DNA of 64,000 nt, from assembly GCA_963767735.1 (NCBI GenBank), contig CAVYES010000007.1, positions 256,001 to 320,000 of the forward strand, given 5' to 3'. Positions 1 through 10,528 of this stretch are shown here, in pieces; positions within the stretch are counted from its first letter, which is position 1, and each line of letters begins with the position of its first letter. The notes under the pieces were generated by a model. That model searched no databases, was not told the DNA's origin, and saw only the letters and a list, made by a program, of their open reading frames with translations. Made by a program: the position numbers and the translations under genes. This DNA comes from Candidatus Bathyarchaeota archaeon. Its GTDB lineage: Archaea > Thermoproteota > Bathyarchaeia > Bathyarchaeales > Bathycorpusculaceae.

Positions 1-403
1 GTAGTGCAGCCTTGGCGATAGCCATCTTGACCGTCTCTTTGGCTTTCTCCGTGGCCTTTTCGGGCTCTTTGGAATGCACCCAGCTGCATTGTTCACGAAT
101 GTTTGCCATGTGAAACAGGTACTTATTCAGGTTGGCTTCTTCGCATGCAGCCCTAAAAAGTGGCTCGTGTGTTCTGGGAGTGCATGAAGCCACTACTAAT
201 CTGTCAAGGTCATATTTCTTGATGGCCTTTTTAATCTTATACAGTCCTTCAGATGAGCATGTGTAAAGATTGCCTTCTGCATAGGCAACATTAGGCAGGG
301 CTCTTGCGTACTCTACCACTGCGGGCACGTTTACGACGCCGCCTATGTTGACACCACAATGGCACACGAATACACCGATTCGCGGCTTAAGTTTGTCGCT
401 CAA
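1..403 (-). CDS. hdrA: Heterodisulfide reductase subunit A-like protein, N-terminal part (runs off the window edge)
   Basis: Manual translation from TTG at 403 gives MSDKLKPRIGVFVCHCGVNIGG...YTCSSEG...VVASCTPRTHEPLF...MANIREQCSWVH, the HdrA N-terminus. The start overlaps the stop of the upstream HdrA-like gene. Confidence 0.9.
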   Translation of the reverse strand, partial: MSDKLKPRIGVFVCHCGVNIGGVVNVPAVVEYARALPNVAYAEGNLYTCSSEGLYKIKKAIKKYDLDRLVVASCTPRTHEPLFRAACEEANLNKYLFHMANIREQCSWVHSKEPEKATEKAKETVKMAIAKAAL

Positions 404-1716
404 TGTTTCAGCCCCTTTGACTTCAACGCGATGGTCTCTGCCGCTCTGGCAGCCGCTCCGCTGGCTTGGGCCACGCTCTCAGGTATGTCTTTGGGACTTT
501 GGCAGTATCCGCAAATGTAAATCCCCGCGGAAGTTGTGTCCATGGGTGCCGTGAGCAGGTCCTTGGCTTTGAAGAAATTAGCCTCGTCAAGTTCTATTCC
601 CATTTCTTCAGCGAGCCTCTTGTTTTCTGTCTTCGGGATCAAAGCGGGGCATAGCACAACTATGTCGGCATCAAGTGTTTTCATTTCGCAATTCTTTGTG
701 TCTTCATAGTGGATCTGCAAATTCTTTGTAGCCTGTTCTTCAACTATGCTGCCTGGATGCGCTTTGATGTATTTCACACCGTATTCATCTCTTGCTCTGT
801 CGACAAATTCCATGAAGCCTTTCCCCACCGCTCTCATGTCAATGTACATGATGTAAGGTTGAGTTTGCGGAGAGTGCTCTTTCACTAGAATTGACTCTTT
901 AGAGGCATAAACGCAGCATACTGTAGAACAGAAAGGGAACCTGCCATGCAGGTTTCGTGAACCCACACACTGAACGAAAACGACGCTTCTAGGTTCTTTT
1001 CCGTCTGATGGACGGACAAGATGCCCTCCAGTTGGACCAGATGCGCATATTAATCTTTCGAACTCCATGGAAGTAAGCACATTTTGGAATCTGCCATAGC
1101 CGTACTCGCTGATAGCCGAGGGATCAAAAATGTCAAAGCCTGTGGCCAAGATTATTGAAGCTACATTCAAGTTTATTTCTTCAGGTTGTTGATTGTAGTC
1201 AATGGCATTCGACGGACAGACCTTCTGGCAGACACCGCAAATTTTTCGCGAAAAGTAAAGACAATGTTCTGCATCAATTGTGGCAACAAGAGGAACCGCT
1301 TGCTTAAACGGCATGTAAATAGCTTTCCTCTTTCCCAATCCCATGTCAAACTCGTTTGGAACCTTAACTGGGCACTTCTCCATGCAAGTGCCGCATCCTG
1401 TGCATTTGGAGAATTCTACGTAGCGGGGCTTTCGAAGGATTTTCACAATGAAATTTCCTTCTTCACCTTCAACATGATGGACTTCTGAGTATGTAAGTAG
1501 GCTGATGTTTGAGTGTCTGAGACACTCTATCATCTTTGGAGCAAGTATGCAAATGGAACAGTCCAAAGTTGGAAAGGTTTTGTCAAGCTGGGCCATACGT
1601 CCGCCAATGCTGGGAGTCTTTTCAATAAGATAGACTTTCGTGCCTCGATTGGCCAGGTCCAATGAGGCCTGAATGCCCGCGATTCCGCCTCCGACAACCA
1701 GAACCGACTTGGATAT
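400..1716 (-). CDS. hdrA: HdrA-like FAD/[4Fe-4S] oxidoreductase (split HdrA module)
   Basis: Motifs GGRMAQLDKTFPTLDCSICIL, CTGCGTC, CGVCQKVCP, QCVGSR and CSTVCC. The frame extends upstream of the ORF-track start to include the FAD motif SKSVLVVGGGIAGIQASLD. Probable start is ATA at 1716, with an in-frame TAA just upstream. Confidence 0.9.
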   Translation of the reverse strand: MSKSVLVVGGGIAGIQASLDLANRGTKVYLIEKTPSIGGRMAQLDKTFPTLDCSICILAPKMIECLRHSNISLLTYSEVHHVEGEEGNFIVKILRKPRYVEFSKCTGCGTCMEKCPVKVPNEFDMGLGKRKAIYMPFKQAVPLVATIDAEHCLYFSRKICGVCQKVCPSNAIDYNQQPEEINLNVASIILATGFDIFDPSAISEYGYGRFQNVLTSMEFERLICASGPTGGHLVRPSDGKEPRSVVFVQCVGSRNLHGRFPFCSTVCCVYASKESILVKEHSPQTQPYIMYIDMRAVGKGFMEFVDRARDEYGVKYIKAHPGSIVEEQATKNLQIHYEDTKNCEMKTLDADIVVLCPALIPKTENKRLAEEMGIELDEANFFKAKDLLTAPMDTTSAGIYICGYCQSPKDIPESVAQASGAAARAAETIALKSKGLKH

Positions 1717-1902
1717 GAGTTAGACCCCCTTATCTGTACTGGTGAACGAGTGTATTGTGTTTAAGGCTAAATATCTTGTGGTTACTATTTGTTTTTTCGA
1801 AGGTTATTGTGCCATCGACTAATTCCAAAGTCTCTTCCCACGTATGAAAATGGTGTACGAAAAATTAATAAATCCAGCATATGACGTATAAGTGGTGTTC
1901 AG

Positions 1903-2142
1903 ATGCCAGTGGCATATGTGCTGGCGAAAATTGAAGTCGGCCAAGAGAAGCAGGCGCTTGAAACAATAAGAAAACTAGATGGAGTCACGTCGATTACTTT
2001 TACCTATGGCATCTACGACCTACACGTCGAAATCAAGTTTGACACAATGGAAGAACTTGACGAATTCGTTTTCGAAAAAATACGTAAAGTCACGGGAATT
2101 AAAGAAACGGTGACCTTAGTGGTCCCATACAGGAGGGTATAA
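1903..2142 (+). CDS. Lrp/AsnC ligand-binding (RAM) domain protein
   Basis: AYVLAK...TYGIYDLHVEI...IRKVTGIKETVTLV pattern. Confidence 0.85.
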   Translation: MPVAYVLAKIEVGQEKQALETIRKLDGVTSITFTYGIYDLHVEIKFDTMEELDEFVFEKIRKVTGIKETVTLVVPYRRV

Positions 2143-2143
2143 A

Positions 2144-2464
2144 ATGTCTATAATGAGTTGTCGAGAAATACACTTCAACCAATGTACCAGACCAGATCAA
2201 GTCGACGATTTAATCGACAACGTCAAACAAATAATTGAAGAGATGAAACTCCCCTCAACCTGCAACGTGAAGGTTTTTAAAAACGTATTTTCCTGCTGCG
2301 GGACAGGGGACCTTGAATTAATCTTGGAAGTCGTCGGACCAGACGAGGAAACACTGAAAGCTATTGACTTGAGAGCCACCTCCAGAGTCCTCGAATTCTG
2401 CGAGAAACAAGGCTACGGCATGGGCTATCACTCCCTCGGAAAATTAGAATTAATAGAAAAATAG
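2144..2464 (+). CDS. Hypothetical Cys-containing protein, probably co-transcribed with the Lrp/AsnC gene
   Basis: 106-aa ORF 1 nt after the previous stop, AGGAGG SD, FSCCG motif. Confidence 0.7.
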   Translation: MSIMSCREIHFNQCTRPDQVDDLIDNVKQIIEEMKLPSTCNVKVFKNVFSCCGTGDLELILEVVGPDEETLKAIDLRATSRVLEFCEKQGYGMGYHSLGKLELIEK

Positions 2465-2511
2465 CACATACCAAGAAGCTCTGCTACTGAGTGTCGTCTT
2501 CATGATAAATT

Positions 2512-5193
2512 TTACGATACATCAAGGGACACTATCAAGGTATCATCGTCGACTTTTTCGGCCTTGAATCCTATCCCATTACAAAGGTTCTGCATTTTGT
2601 AGTTATTAGCCATGACGTAACCGTATATTTTCTTCAGATGCTTATCCTTCGCCATTTTAATTAGGGAATCCATGAGCTTGAGGCCTAACCCAAATCCTTG
2701 CCATTGGTCACCGACTAAAACAGCGAACTCACCACTTTTTCCATCGGGGTCCATGATTAATCTTACAACACCAATTATTCGCCTGTTATCTTGAAGCTCC
2801 GCCACCAGGGCAATTTCTCTATCATAATCCAAATTACAGTATCTGGTCAATGTTTCATGAGAAAACTCTTTTATAATTTCAAAGAACCTGAAACGCATTG
2901 TTTCAGCTGAAAGTGATTTGAAAAGCTCGTTGAATCGGCCTTCATCTTCAGGTTTTATAGGCCGAAGCTGCACAATGGTTTCATTTTTCGCTTTCCAATT
3001 AGAGACATACTTGCTTGGATAAGGAGCGATAACAAGATGCTCATGAAAACCGATTTCTTGCTTTATACGTTTAGTGTCTAGGATAATACGTGCATCAACT
3101 GCAACGGCGCTATTTTTGTCCACAATCAAAGGGTTTACGTCAATCTCTTTGATCTCAGGAAAATCAATTACAAGTTGAGAAAACTTCACCAATATTTCCT
3201 CGATAACCTTGACATTCAAGGGAAGCTCCAATAAAGCTGCGTTCTTGTAGATAACTGTGTCCTCTATTAGCCTTCTTGCAAGCACCTGATTTAAAGGCGG
3301 GAAACCTATGCTTACATCCCTGTATAATTCGGCGTCCGTTCCACCCTTGCCAAAAATTATCACTGAACCGAACTGAGGGTCTTTTTTAGAGCCGACAAGC
3401 AATTCGTAGCCTTTATTGCGGACCATCGGCTGGATAGCTACGCCTTGAAACTCAATATTGCTGCCAAGGTTTTGTATTTTTTTAGCTAGTTCAACAAAGT
3501 TTGCTTGAACTTCCAACTTGGAGCATACGTTTAAGACCACCCCCTCTATTTTGGATTTATGTGAAGCCTGAGGGGACAAAACCTTCATAACCACTGGGAA
3601 CCCGATTTTGGAAGCTAAAACTTCAGCTTCACTAGGAGTATTAGCAACTATGGTCTTAACAGTCGGGATTTTATAAGCCTCTAAAAACCGAAGAGACTCA
3701 GATAAACCAAGAACTTGCTGCCCGTGACAGTAAGCTTGCTTTAAAATAGATTTAAGAACTGCTGAATTTGTTGGCTCCATATAAAGTTCTTCAGGGGTTT
3801 GGTAAAGAAGCTCCAAACCTTGGGTATAACGATACATGTACATAAATGTTGAAACAGCCTGTTCAGGCGCTGGAAAAGTTGGAATACCGTGACTTCGTAG
3901 AAACCTTCGAGCTTTTCGGCATCTTGAATCTTCACCCATTAAACAGGTAAGTATGGGTTTTTGTGTTTGCTTCGATAATTCTGTCACTGTTTTTGCTATA
4001 TCGAAAGGGTCGGCTGCTGTTTGAGGCGCATAGATCAGTAAAAAACCATTGCTATTTTGATCTTTCAGACAAGGTACCAGCACATCTTTGAACCTTGCCG
4101 GCGTAGCTTCCTCGAAAATGTCGATGGGGTTTGCAGTGCTACAATAAGGGGGCAGAACATGCTTTAAGGCTTGAATAGTTTCATTACTTAGCGGCGATAG
4201 TTTTCCACCTTTAGCGATAAGTTGGTCAGTAGCCATTATACCTGGCCCCCCAGCATTGGTAATAATTGCCAAGTTGGGTCCCGTAGGATTTGGCTGCATC
4301 GCCAATGCTTCTGCACAGTTAAATAAATCAATCATAGTTTCTACCCTGACTACTCCAGCACGCCTAAACGCCGAGTCATAAACAGCATCTTCTCCACCCA
4401 AAAATCCGCTATGAGAAAGAATCGGGATAACACTTTCCTGAAAACGACCAGCTTTGACAACTACTATAGGCTTAGTTCTGGCAAAGCCTCGTGCTGCGCT
4501 CATGAATTTCCTTGCGTTTTTCATCGACTCAATATACAAAACGATGCTTTTAGTTTGGGCATCGGCTCCAAAGTAATCTATTAAATCGCCAAAGTCCACA
4601 TCGAGCATTGAGCCTGTGGATACCACAGCGCTGAATCCAACTTGAGCTTCTGATGCCCAATCAAGTACGGAAGCACATAAAGCGGCACTTTGCGAGATAA
4701 AGGCGATTTTTCCAGAACTTGCTCTTTCATCTGCAAATGTAGCGGAAAGATTGACTTTCGGTCTGATAACACCGAAACTGTTGGGACCTATAATCCTCAT
4801 ACCATATTTCTTTTGGTATTCAAGGATTCGTTTTTCAATAAGAACACCTTCTTCACCGACTTCTATGAAACCTGCAGAACATATTATAATTCCAGAAACA
4901 CCAGCCGCACCGCATTCTTCAACGATCTGCGGCACGGTATGTGCTGGTGTGGCAATTATGGCTAGATCAATAGTCCGAGGGATTTTACTGATAGTTGGAT
5001 AAGCAGTTATTCCCTGCACCGTCTCTCTGAACGCGTTTACAGGGAAAACTGCACCTTTGTAACCTACTCCAATTAGATTCCTCAAAATTTTGGCGCCTAT
5101 GGAGCCTTCTCTTTCACTGGCGCCGATAACTGCTATCCTTTTAGGATTGAATATATTGTTAAGTTTTTCGATGCCCAACTTTAACCCCGCCAA
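2512..5193 (-). CDS. Acetate--CoA ligase (ADP-forming)-like / GNAT acetyltransferase fusion (Pat/PatZ-type)
   Basis: CoA-binding N-terminus (IAVIGAS, IIGPNSFG), NAGGPG, ATP-grasp (DPQFG, EIDVNPL), and C-terminal GNAT (LRPIKPED, MRFRFF, WQGFGLG). Confidence 0.9.
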   Translation of the reverse strand: MAGLKLGIEKLNNIFNPKRIAVIGASEREGSIGAKILRNLIGVGYKGAVFPVNAFRETVQGITAYPTISKIPRTIDLAIIATPAHTVPQIVEECGAAGVSGIIICSAGFIEVGEEGVLIEKRILEYQKKYGMRIIGPNSFGVIRPKVNLSATFADERASSGKIAFISQSAALCASVLDWASEAQVGFSAVVSTGSMLDVDFGDLIDYFGADAQTKSIVLYIESMKNARKFMSAARGFARTKPIVVVKAGRFQESVIPILSHSGFLGGEDAVYDSAFRRAGVVRVETMIDLFNCAEALAMQPNPTGPNLAIITNAGGPGIMATDQLIAKGGKLSPLSNETIQALKHVLPPYCSTANPIDIFEEATPARFKDVLVPCLKDQNSNGFLLIYAPQTAADPFDIAKTVTELSKQTQKPILTCLMGEDSRCRKARRFLRSHGIPTFPAPEQAVSTFMYMYRYTQGLELLYQTPEELYMEPTNSAVLKSILKQAYCHGQQVLGLSESLRFLEAYKIPTVKTIVANTPSEAEVLASKIGFPVVMKVLSPQASHKSKIEGVVLNVCSKLEVQANFVELAKKIQNLGSNIEFQGVAIQPMVRNKGYELLVGSKKDPQFGSVIIFGKGGTDAELYRDVSIGFPPLNQVLARRLIEDTVIYKNAALLELPLNVKVIEEILVKFSQLVIDFPEIKEIDVNPLIVDKNSAVAVDARIILDTKRIKQEIGFHEHLVIAPYPSKYVSNWKAKNETIVQLRPIKPEDEGRFNELFKSLSAETMRFRFFEIIKEFSHETLTRYCNLDYDREIALVAELQDNRRIIGVVRLIMDPDGKSGEFAVLVGDQWQGFGLGLKLMDSLIKMAKDKHLKKIYGYVMANNYKMQNLCNGIGFKAEKVDDDTLIVSLDVS

Positions 5194-5417
5194 TAAAGAA
5201 AGAAGCTGACCACTTATGTATAGGCAATAAGTCGTTTTAAAACTTGTTAGTTCCTACCGAAATTTACAGGCCATTTAAGGATCATTCGTTGAAATATGAC
5301 TGAGAAAAGCTACCAGCTATAAGAAGTAAAAATGTCTTATGGGGGAAGAGTAGAGAACTTTTATCTAACACATAAAAGATGTGTATCTATGCCTTTGAAA
5401 AGAGCGAGGGAACAAAA

Positions 5418-5801
5418 ATGGTAGAGGCCAAATACTGGAATAAAAAAATCGAAACCATACCTGCTGAAGAACTAAAAAGGTATCAACTTGAAAAATTAAG
5501 GGAACAGGTAAAACGATGCTACGAGAACAGCGCTTTTTATAAAAAAAACTTGACCGCATCGGGTTGAAACCTGAAAGCATACGCTCACCAGACGACCTTC
5601 AGAAAATTCCTTTCACAGTGAAGAACGATTTACGCGATACCTACCCGTTCGGCATGGTTGCTGCTAAATCTGACGAATAGTGGAGATTCATGCTTCAAGC
5701 GGTACGACTGGAAACCCGATAATTGGCGCTTACACAAAGAATGACATAGATGTTTGGCAAGAATTAATGGCGAGATCCATCTACACTGCAGGCGGAAGAG
5801 G
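5418..5801 (+). pseudogene. paaK: Truncated, frameshifted phenylacetate--CoA ligase
   Basis: Across two frameshifts it reads MVEAKYWNKKIET...QLEKL...KIPFTVKNDLRDTYPFG...[11 protein letters not shown]...[14 protein letters not shown], then ends abruptly after about 128 codons. Confidence 0.85.
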
Positions 5802-5834
5802 CCAACAGACAATGTAGATGAAGAGTACATTGAA
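5802..5834 (+). repeat. 33-bp inverted copy of an internal mgtA segment (6884-6916)
   Basis: ccaacagacaatgtagatgaagagtacattgaa matches the reverse complement of 6884-6916 at 32/33 positions (encodes [11 protein letters not shown]). Confidence 0.85.
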
Positions 5835-5905
5835 CAGTTAAAATAAAACCGTTTTTATGCCAAACTATTTAATTACCTTTGTATTTAATAAAATTAGGTG
5901 TTTGA

Positions 5906-6139
5906 ATGCCACGAGCGTATGTATTGTTTAATGTTGAATCAGGCTCAGAAGACGCCGTTCTAAAACAGCTTAGGAACTTAAGTAACGTCGAAGAAGCTTA
6001 CGTTTCCTATGGTGTATATGATCTGGTCATACGAATCAAAGCAGACACTATGGAAGAGTTGAAGGATTCAGTGACACACAAAATTCGCACAATCAAGCAA
6101 GTTCGGTCAACTTTAACTTTGATATTGATGGAAGAATAA
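5906..6139 (+). CDS. Lrp/AsnC ligand-binding domain protein
   Basis: AYVLFNVESG...SYGVYDLVI...IRTIKQVRSTLTL; AGGTG SD. Confidence 0.88.
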   Translation: MPRAYVLFNVESGSEDAVLKQLRNLSNVEEAYVSYGVYDLVIRIKADTMEELKDSVTHKIRTIKQVRSTLTLILMEE

Positions 6140-6152
6140 ACGCCTCAAACAT

Positions 6153-6178
6153 AATTTTTTATTTTTTTCTTTTATTCT
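6153..6178 (+). terminator. Archaeal oligo-T terminator
   Basis: Multiple T-runs immediately after the Lrp/AsnC stop codon. Confidence 0.5.
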
Positions 6179-6409
6179 TAATTATTGGAATTTTATCTAA
6201 TTTTAATATCTGAAAGGATGCAATTTACGTATTTTTCGAGGCTACCTAAAAAGAATAAAACCTAACCCATCTAAGGGATTTGACCCTAAACATTGGACTA
6301 TAATCGAAAAATAAAAAGCCTAAAACTATTGAAGTTTTTAATCAAGGCGTTGACATAAATCGGCAAAATAAGAGACAATCATGTTCAGTCTTCAGCGGAA
6401 CAATGCAAG

Positions 6410-9004
6410 CTAATTGGTTTTTTGGCTAGCAGTTTTGGTTTTTTTGGGTACGTAGCTCTGTTCAAGGAGGTAAGCGTACCGTTTGATGAACCATTTTTTG
6501 ACAACTTCAACCAAGAACAAGTAGCCAGCTATTAGCCCAACGAGAGCTAAATAGAACGTCACAGGGGGAGGTGTAAATTTGAATACGGCGCCTAGCGGCG
6601 TGTAGGGCAGTGCGAACGCGACTGCTATGACGGACAAGCTGCTTATAACCAAATACCTGCCCGGCTTGCTCTTGTAAAATGGTGTTTTTCTGGTTCTTAA
6701 CACGAAAACCACAAATGTTTGCGTCGCGAGGGACTCGACAAACCAAGCAGTTTGAAAAACAGGAACTGAGGCTCTGAAAACCACCAACATTAAAAAGAAA
6801 GTTAAAAAATCGAAAATAGAGCTTACTGGTCCCATGATCACCATGAACCGTCTTATGTAGGAGATATCCAGTCTTTTCGGTTTTTCAATGTACTCTTCAT
6901 CTACATTGTCCGTTGGTATAGTCGCTTCCGAAAGATCGTAGAGAAGGTTGTTTAGGAGAATCTGAATAGCGGTCATAGGCAAGAAATTCAGGAATAAAGA
7001 TGCCCCAGCCACGCTAAACATAGTGCCGAAGTTTGAACTGACACCCATCATGATGTACTTCATGGTGTTGCCAAAGGTTTTTCTGCCTTCCAAAACCCCT
7101 TGATCAAGCACAGTTAAGTCAGGTCGTAGCAGTATAAGGTCTGCAGATTCTTTCGCAACGTCAACAGCGTTCTCCACCGATATGCCCACATCAGCCGTTT
7201 TCAGGGAGGGAGCATCGTTAATGCCGTCGCCCATATACCCCACTACATGCCCGTTAGACCGCAAAGCTTTGATGACTCTATCTTTTTGAGCGGGGTTCAC
7301 TCGGGCAAAAATATTGTTGTCCTCCACAATGCGGGCTAGGGCATCGTCTTGGAGTTGGGCAATCTCGTTTCCGAGAACGATTCCTTTTATGTTGAAGCCC
7401 AATTGTTCGCAGGTTGTTCTTGTGACTAGCTCGTTGTCGCCAGTGACTATTTTGAGTTCGACGCCGTCTCGGGCCAGCAGACGGATTGATTCCTTCGCGC
7501 TTTCTTTAGGTGGGTCAAGAAAGGACAGGAACCCCAGAAAAACCATGTCGGTTTCGTCGTCAATCGTGTAGTGTGTTTTGTCGTCTTTTACTTTCTTGTA
7601 TGCGACAGCTAAAACCCTGTAGCCTTCTTCACTGAGGGCGGTGTATTTCTGATCAAACTTGGTTTGACAAATATTTGTCAAGTCGGTTATGATTTCGTCG
7701 GTTTCACAGTAAGCGCAAGTCTTGAGGATTTCTTCGGGGGCTCCTTTGGATATTACGAGCCGTTGACCTTCATACTCAACCACTACCGAAACCCGTCGAC
7801 GAATAAAGTCAAAGGGTATCTCGTCAATTTTGTTGATGCCCGTCACGTCGAACTGCTTATATTGAACCACGGCGTCGTCCAGAGGACTTTTCAGTCCCGC
7901 CTCAAGAACACTGTTAAAGTAAGCATACATCAACACTTTCGGAGTTTCTTTTCCCTCTAAATCCTCGCACGCGTTTAGCGTGAGCTTGTTCTCGGTAAGC
8001 GTACCGGTTTTATCAGTGCATAAAACGTCCATATTGCCAAAGTTCTGAATAGAAGCTAACCGTTTTACGATAACGCCCTTTTGAGACATCGCTACGGCAC
8101 CTCTGGAAAGATTAATCGACATTATCATGGGCAAAAGCTCGGGCGTCAAGCCTACCGCAAGAGCAACTGCGAAAAGCAGCGAATCCAAAATGCTTCGAGA
8201 TCCAGCGTAGAAAAACGCGTTAACAAAAAAGACAAAAACCACAAGGAAAAGCGTGACCTCAGTCATTAACGCGCCAAACCGCCTGAGTCCCTTTTCAAAC
8301 TCTGTTTCAGGCGCCTTACTTACAAGTTCTTTGGCGATTCCACCGTATTGGGTTAAGCTCCCTGTCGTGACCACGACTGCGGTTCCGGTTCCGCTGACCA
8401 CCGAGGTTCCTAGGAAAACGTAGTTGTTCCAGCCTGTTAGCTCAGAGGTTGCGGTTGGAAGTGGATTAGCATTCTTTTCAACTGGGAACGCTTCTCCCGT
8501 TAACGCTGACTGGTTAAGGTTTAGGTCTTTCGCGCTGATTAATCTGCAGTCGGCGGGAACAAGGTCTCCAGCTATGAGATACACTATGTCGCCCGGTACG
8601 ACTTCTGAAAGCTTCACATCTTGTTTAATGCCGTCTCTGAGAACGGTTGCTTTTGTAGTGACTCTTTCTTTAAGCGCTTCGGCGGCGTTCTGAGCCTTAG
8701 TTTCCTGATACACGTCGAGAACAATGCTTAGAAGTACAATCGTGAAAATTATGATAGCGTCAGTATAATCCTTCACGAATCCGGAGATCAAAGCAGCAAT
8801 CAAAAGGATAAGCACAAGCGGATTTCTCAGGTGATAGAGAATCTCAACGAATCCCGTGCGTTTCTGCTTCTCAGCAAGCTCGTTAGGTCCGTACGTTGCA
8901 AGGCGGCTTTGAACTTCCTGCGAGGACAGCCCAGACTGGGACGTCTTAAGCTTAGCTAAAACTTCGTCAGCAGGCAGAGACAGAAGCTCTTGGTTATCCG
9001 CCAT
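6410..9004 (-). CDS. mgtA: Mg2+-translocating P-type ATPase (P3B)
   Basis: TGE (LTGEAFP), GLTPELLPM, DKTGTLT, TGDN, GDGINDAPSL and SSNFG motifs. Confidence 0.93.
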   Translation of the reverse strand: MADNQELLSLPADEVLAKLKTSQSGLSSQEVQSRLATYGPNELAEKQKRTGFVEILYHLRNPLVLILLIAALISGFVKDYTDAIIIFTIVLLSIVLDVYQETKAQNAAEALKERVTTKATVLRDGIKQDVKLSEVVPGDIVYLIAGDLVPADCRLISAKDLNLNQSALTGEAFPVEKNANPLPTATSELTGWNNYVFLGTSVVSGTGTAVVVTTGSLTQYGGIAKELVSKAPETEFEKGLRRFGALMTEVTLFLVVFVFFVNAFFYAGSRSILDSLLFAVALAVGLTPELLPMIMSINLSRGAVAMSQKGVIVKRLASIQNFGNMDVLCTDKTGTLTENKLTLNACEDLEGKETPKVLMYAYFNSVLEAGLKSPLDDAVVQYKQFDVTGINKIDEIPFDFIRRRVSVVVEYEGQRLVISKGAPEEILKTCAYCETDEIITDLTNICQTKFDQKYTALSEEGYRVLAVAYKKVKDDKTHYTIDDETDMVFLGFLSFLDPPKESAKESIRLLARDGVELKIVTGDNELVTRTTCEQLGFNIKGIVLGNEIAQLQDDALARIVEDNNIFARVNPAQKDRVIKALRSNGHVVGYMGDGINDAPSLKTADVGISVENAVDVAKESADLILLRPDLTVLDQGVLEGRKTFGNTMKYIMMGVSSNFGTMFSVAGASLFLNFLPMTAIQILLNNLLYDLSEATIPTDNVDEEYIEKPKRLDISYIRRFMVIMGPVSSIFDFLTFFLMLVVFRASVPVFQTAWFVESLATQTFVVFVLRTRKTPFYKSKPGRYLVISSLSVIAVAFALPYTPLGAVFKFTPPPVTFYLALVGLIAGYLFLVEVVKKWFIKRYAYLLEQSYVPKKTKTASQKTN

Positions 9005-9294
9005 CAAATCAACCGCAAAGTAGTTAGGTAAAGAATATTTTTGGTGAACCTTTTAAACATTTAGCGCTGAGTTGGCATCATTGAAGCCACCTCAAAAAAC
9101 GCTCGATTCGTGGGTCTTTTCTCAGTCGTTTATTGCATTATATGCAGGTTAGTCTATTTTGTCCTCTTTCTATACTCTGTGGTTATCTGGTAAGAATTTG
9201 GTAAAGATTTGTGTGGAAATCTGGAAAATCGATTAATAGTTTTTACTCTCAGTTGAAGTTGAAAACTAAACAACAAAGAAGGGAGATATGAAGA

Positions 9295-9531
9295 ATGAAG
9301 CAATCACAGTTGTACGAAATGGATTTGACCAAAACAGGTGGAGACGGAGACTTCCAATGTCCAGGATGTGGAGCCGCAATATCGCCGGATGATTGTACCG
9401 AAGAGGCTTATTCCATATTAGAAGCAAAAGTTAATGATCAAGGTTTGGAGGAACTGGTGATTCGCTGCAACAAGTGTGCAAGTGAACTTCACTTGACTGG
9501 TTTTTCCCTCCTACAAAAGCTGCAGGACTAG
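9295..9531 (+). CDS. Small zinc-ribbon protein
   Basis: CPGC and CNKC pairs; GGGAG SD. Confidence 0.75.
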   Translation: MKQSQLYEMDLTKTGGDGDFQCPGCGAAISPDDCTEEAYSILEAKVNDQGLEELVIRCNKCASELHLTGFSLLQKLQD

Positions 9532-9658
9532 ACGGTGAGAAACTTAGATGAGAAGGAAGGGACTCATGCTACCTTGCCCCACACATAATATTAACGTAAT
9601 AGTCCCATGGTGATAATGAGGAGTGGTCCCTTGGACTCCTGAGCACAACTGCTCGTTT

Positions 9659-10528
9659 CTACGAGGCCTGCTTAGAGAGGAACTTTGTGATTGCTGCGTT
9701 AGTGGCTCCTGGATTTTCAAAATGTGGAAAGTGTGCGGAGTTTGGAATTTTTGCAATCTGAATTTTTGGGATGTTTTTTGAAACTTCTTTTGCAATCGCA
9801 AACAAGGCTTTTGTGGTGTTCTCTCCGCTGATTAGTAATGTGGGCAGGGAGATTGCGTTGGCTTCTTTTTTTGTGAAGAGTGGAGGCTTCAGCGTCAGTT
9901 CTTTGATTGTTCCTGCGTTATTTAGCATCATTGACTTGATTGGGTCTGGGAGTTGACTTATCGCGTTTGGTTTTCCTTGAACACCGTCGAGAAATGCTTC
10001 AACTGCTTTTTTGTCGTTTCCTTGGTCAAGATATTTTAAGGCTGGATTGAGTGATTTGTTTAAGAAGTTTTGTGCCGCTAATGCGACGGAGGGTTTTATT
10101 AGCAAAAGAAATAATATTTCAAGGCGGTTTTGGGGATCTTTTACTATTAGACTGGGCACGTAGGGTTCTACTAATACTAGACTGCGAACAGTCTCCATAT
10201 GGGTATAAGCATAATAAAGAGCGACGAATGCGCCATATGAGTGTCCTATCAAATGCGTGGGTTTAGCATCCTTCACGCTGATGAATCTGCCGAGGTCCTC
10301 CGCGTTATTTGCGATTGTGCTGCTCGTGCAATCTTTGTTTGGGTTAGGGTAGGCACATCTTCTGCTGTAGCTTAATGTCCTGAAACTCTTTGACAAAACA
10401 TTCATCTGATTCTCCCATGCTCTATAATCAGTGGGAATTCCGTGAATAAGAATCACTGGTGGCCCGGACCCTTTTTCAGCAAAATTTAGCTTGATACCGT
10501 TAGCATCTACTGACTCTAGAAATGACAT
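9659..10528 (-). CDS. Alpha/beta hydrolase
   Basis: LIHG, GHSYG nucleophile elbow, and C-terminal His (AHFPHFENP). Confidence 0.9.
   Translation of the reverse strand: MSFLESVDANGIKLNFAEKGSGPPVILIHGIPTDYRAWENQMNVLSKSFRTLSYSRRCAYPNPNKDCTSSTIANNAEDLGRFISVKDAKPTHLIGHSYGAFVALYYAYTHMETVRSLVLVEPYVPSLIVKDPQNRLEILFLLLIKPSVALAAQNFLNKSLNPALKYLDQGNDKKAVEAFLDGVQGKPNAISQLPDPIKSMMLNNAGTIKELTLKPPLFTKKEANAISLPTLLISGENTTKALFAIAKEVSKNIPKIQIAKIPNSAHFPHFENPGATNAAITKFLSKQAS

Noticed and set aside
7314-8693. Numerous 60-150 aa antisense ORFs here and over other long genes
   Set aside because: Shadow ORFs opposite well-supported CDSs, with no motifs or SD sites.
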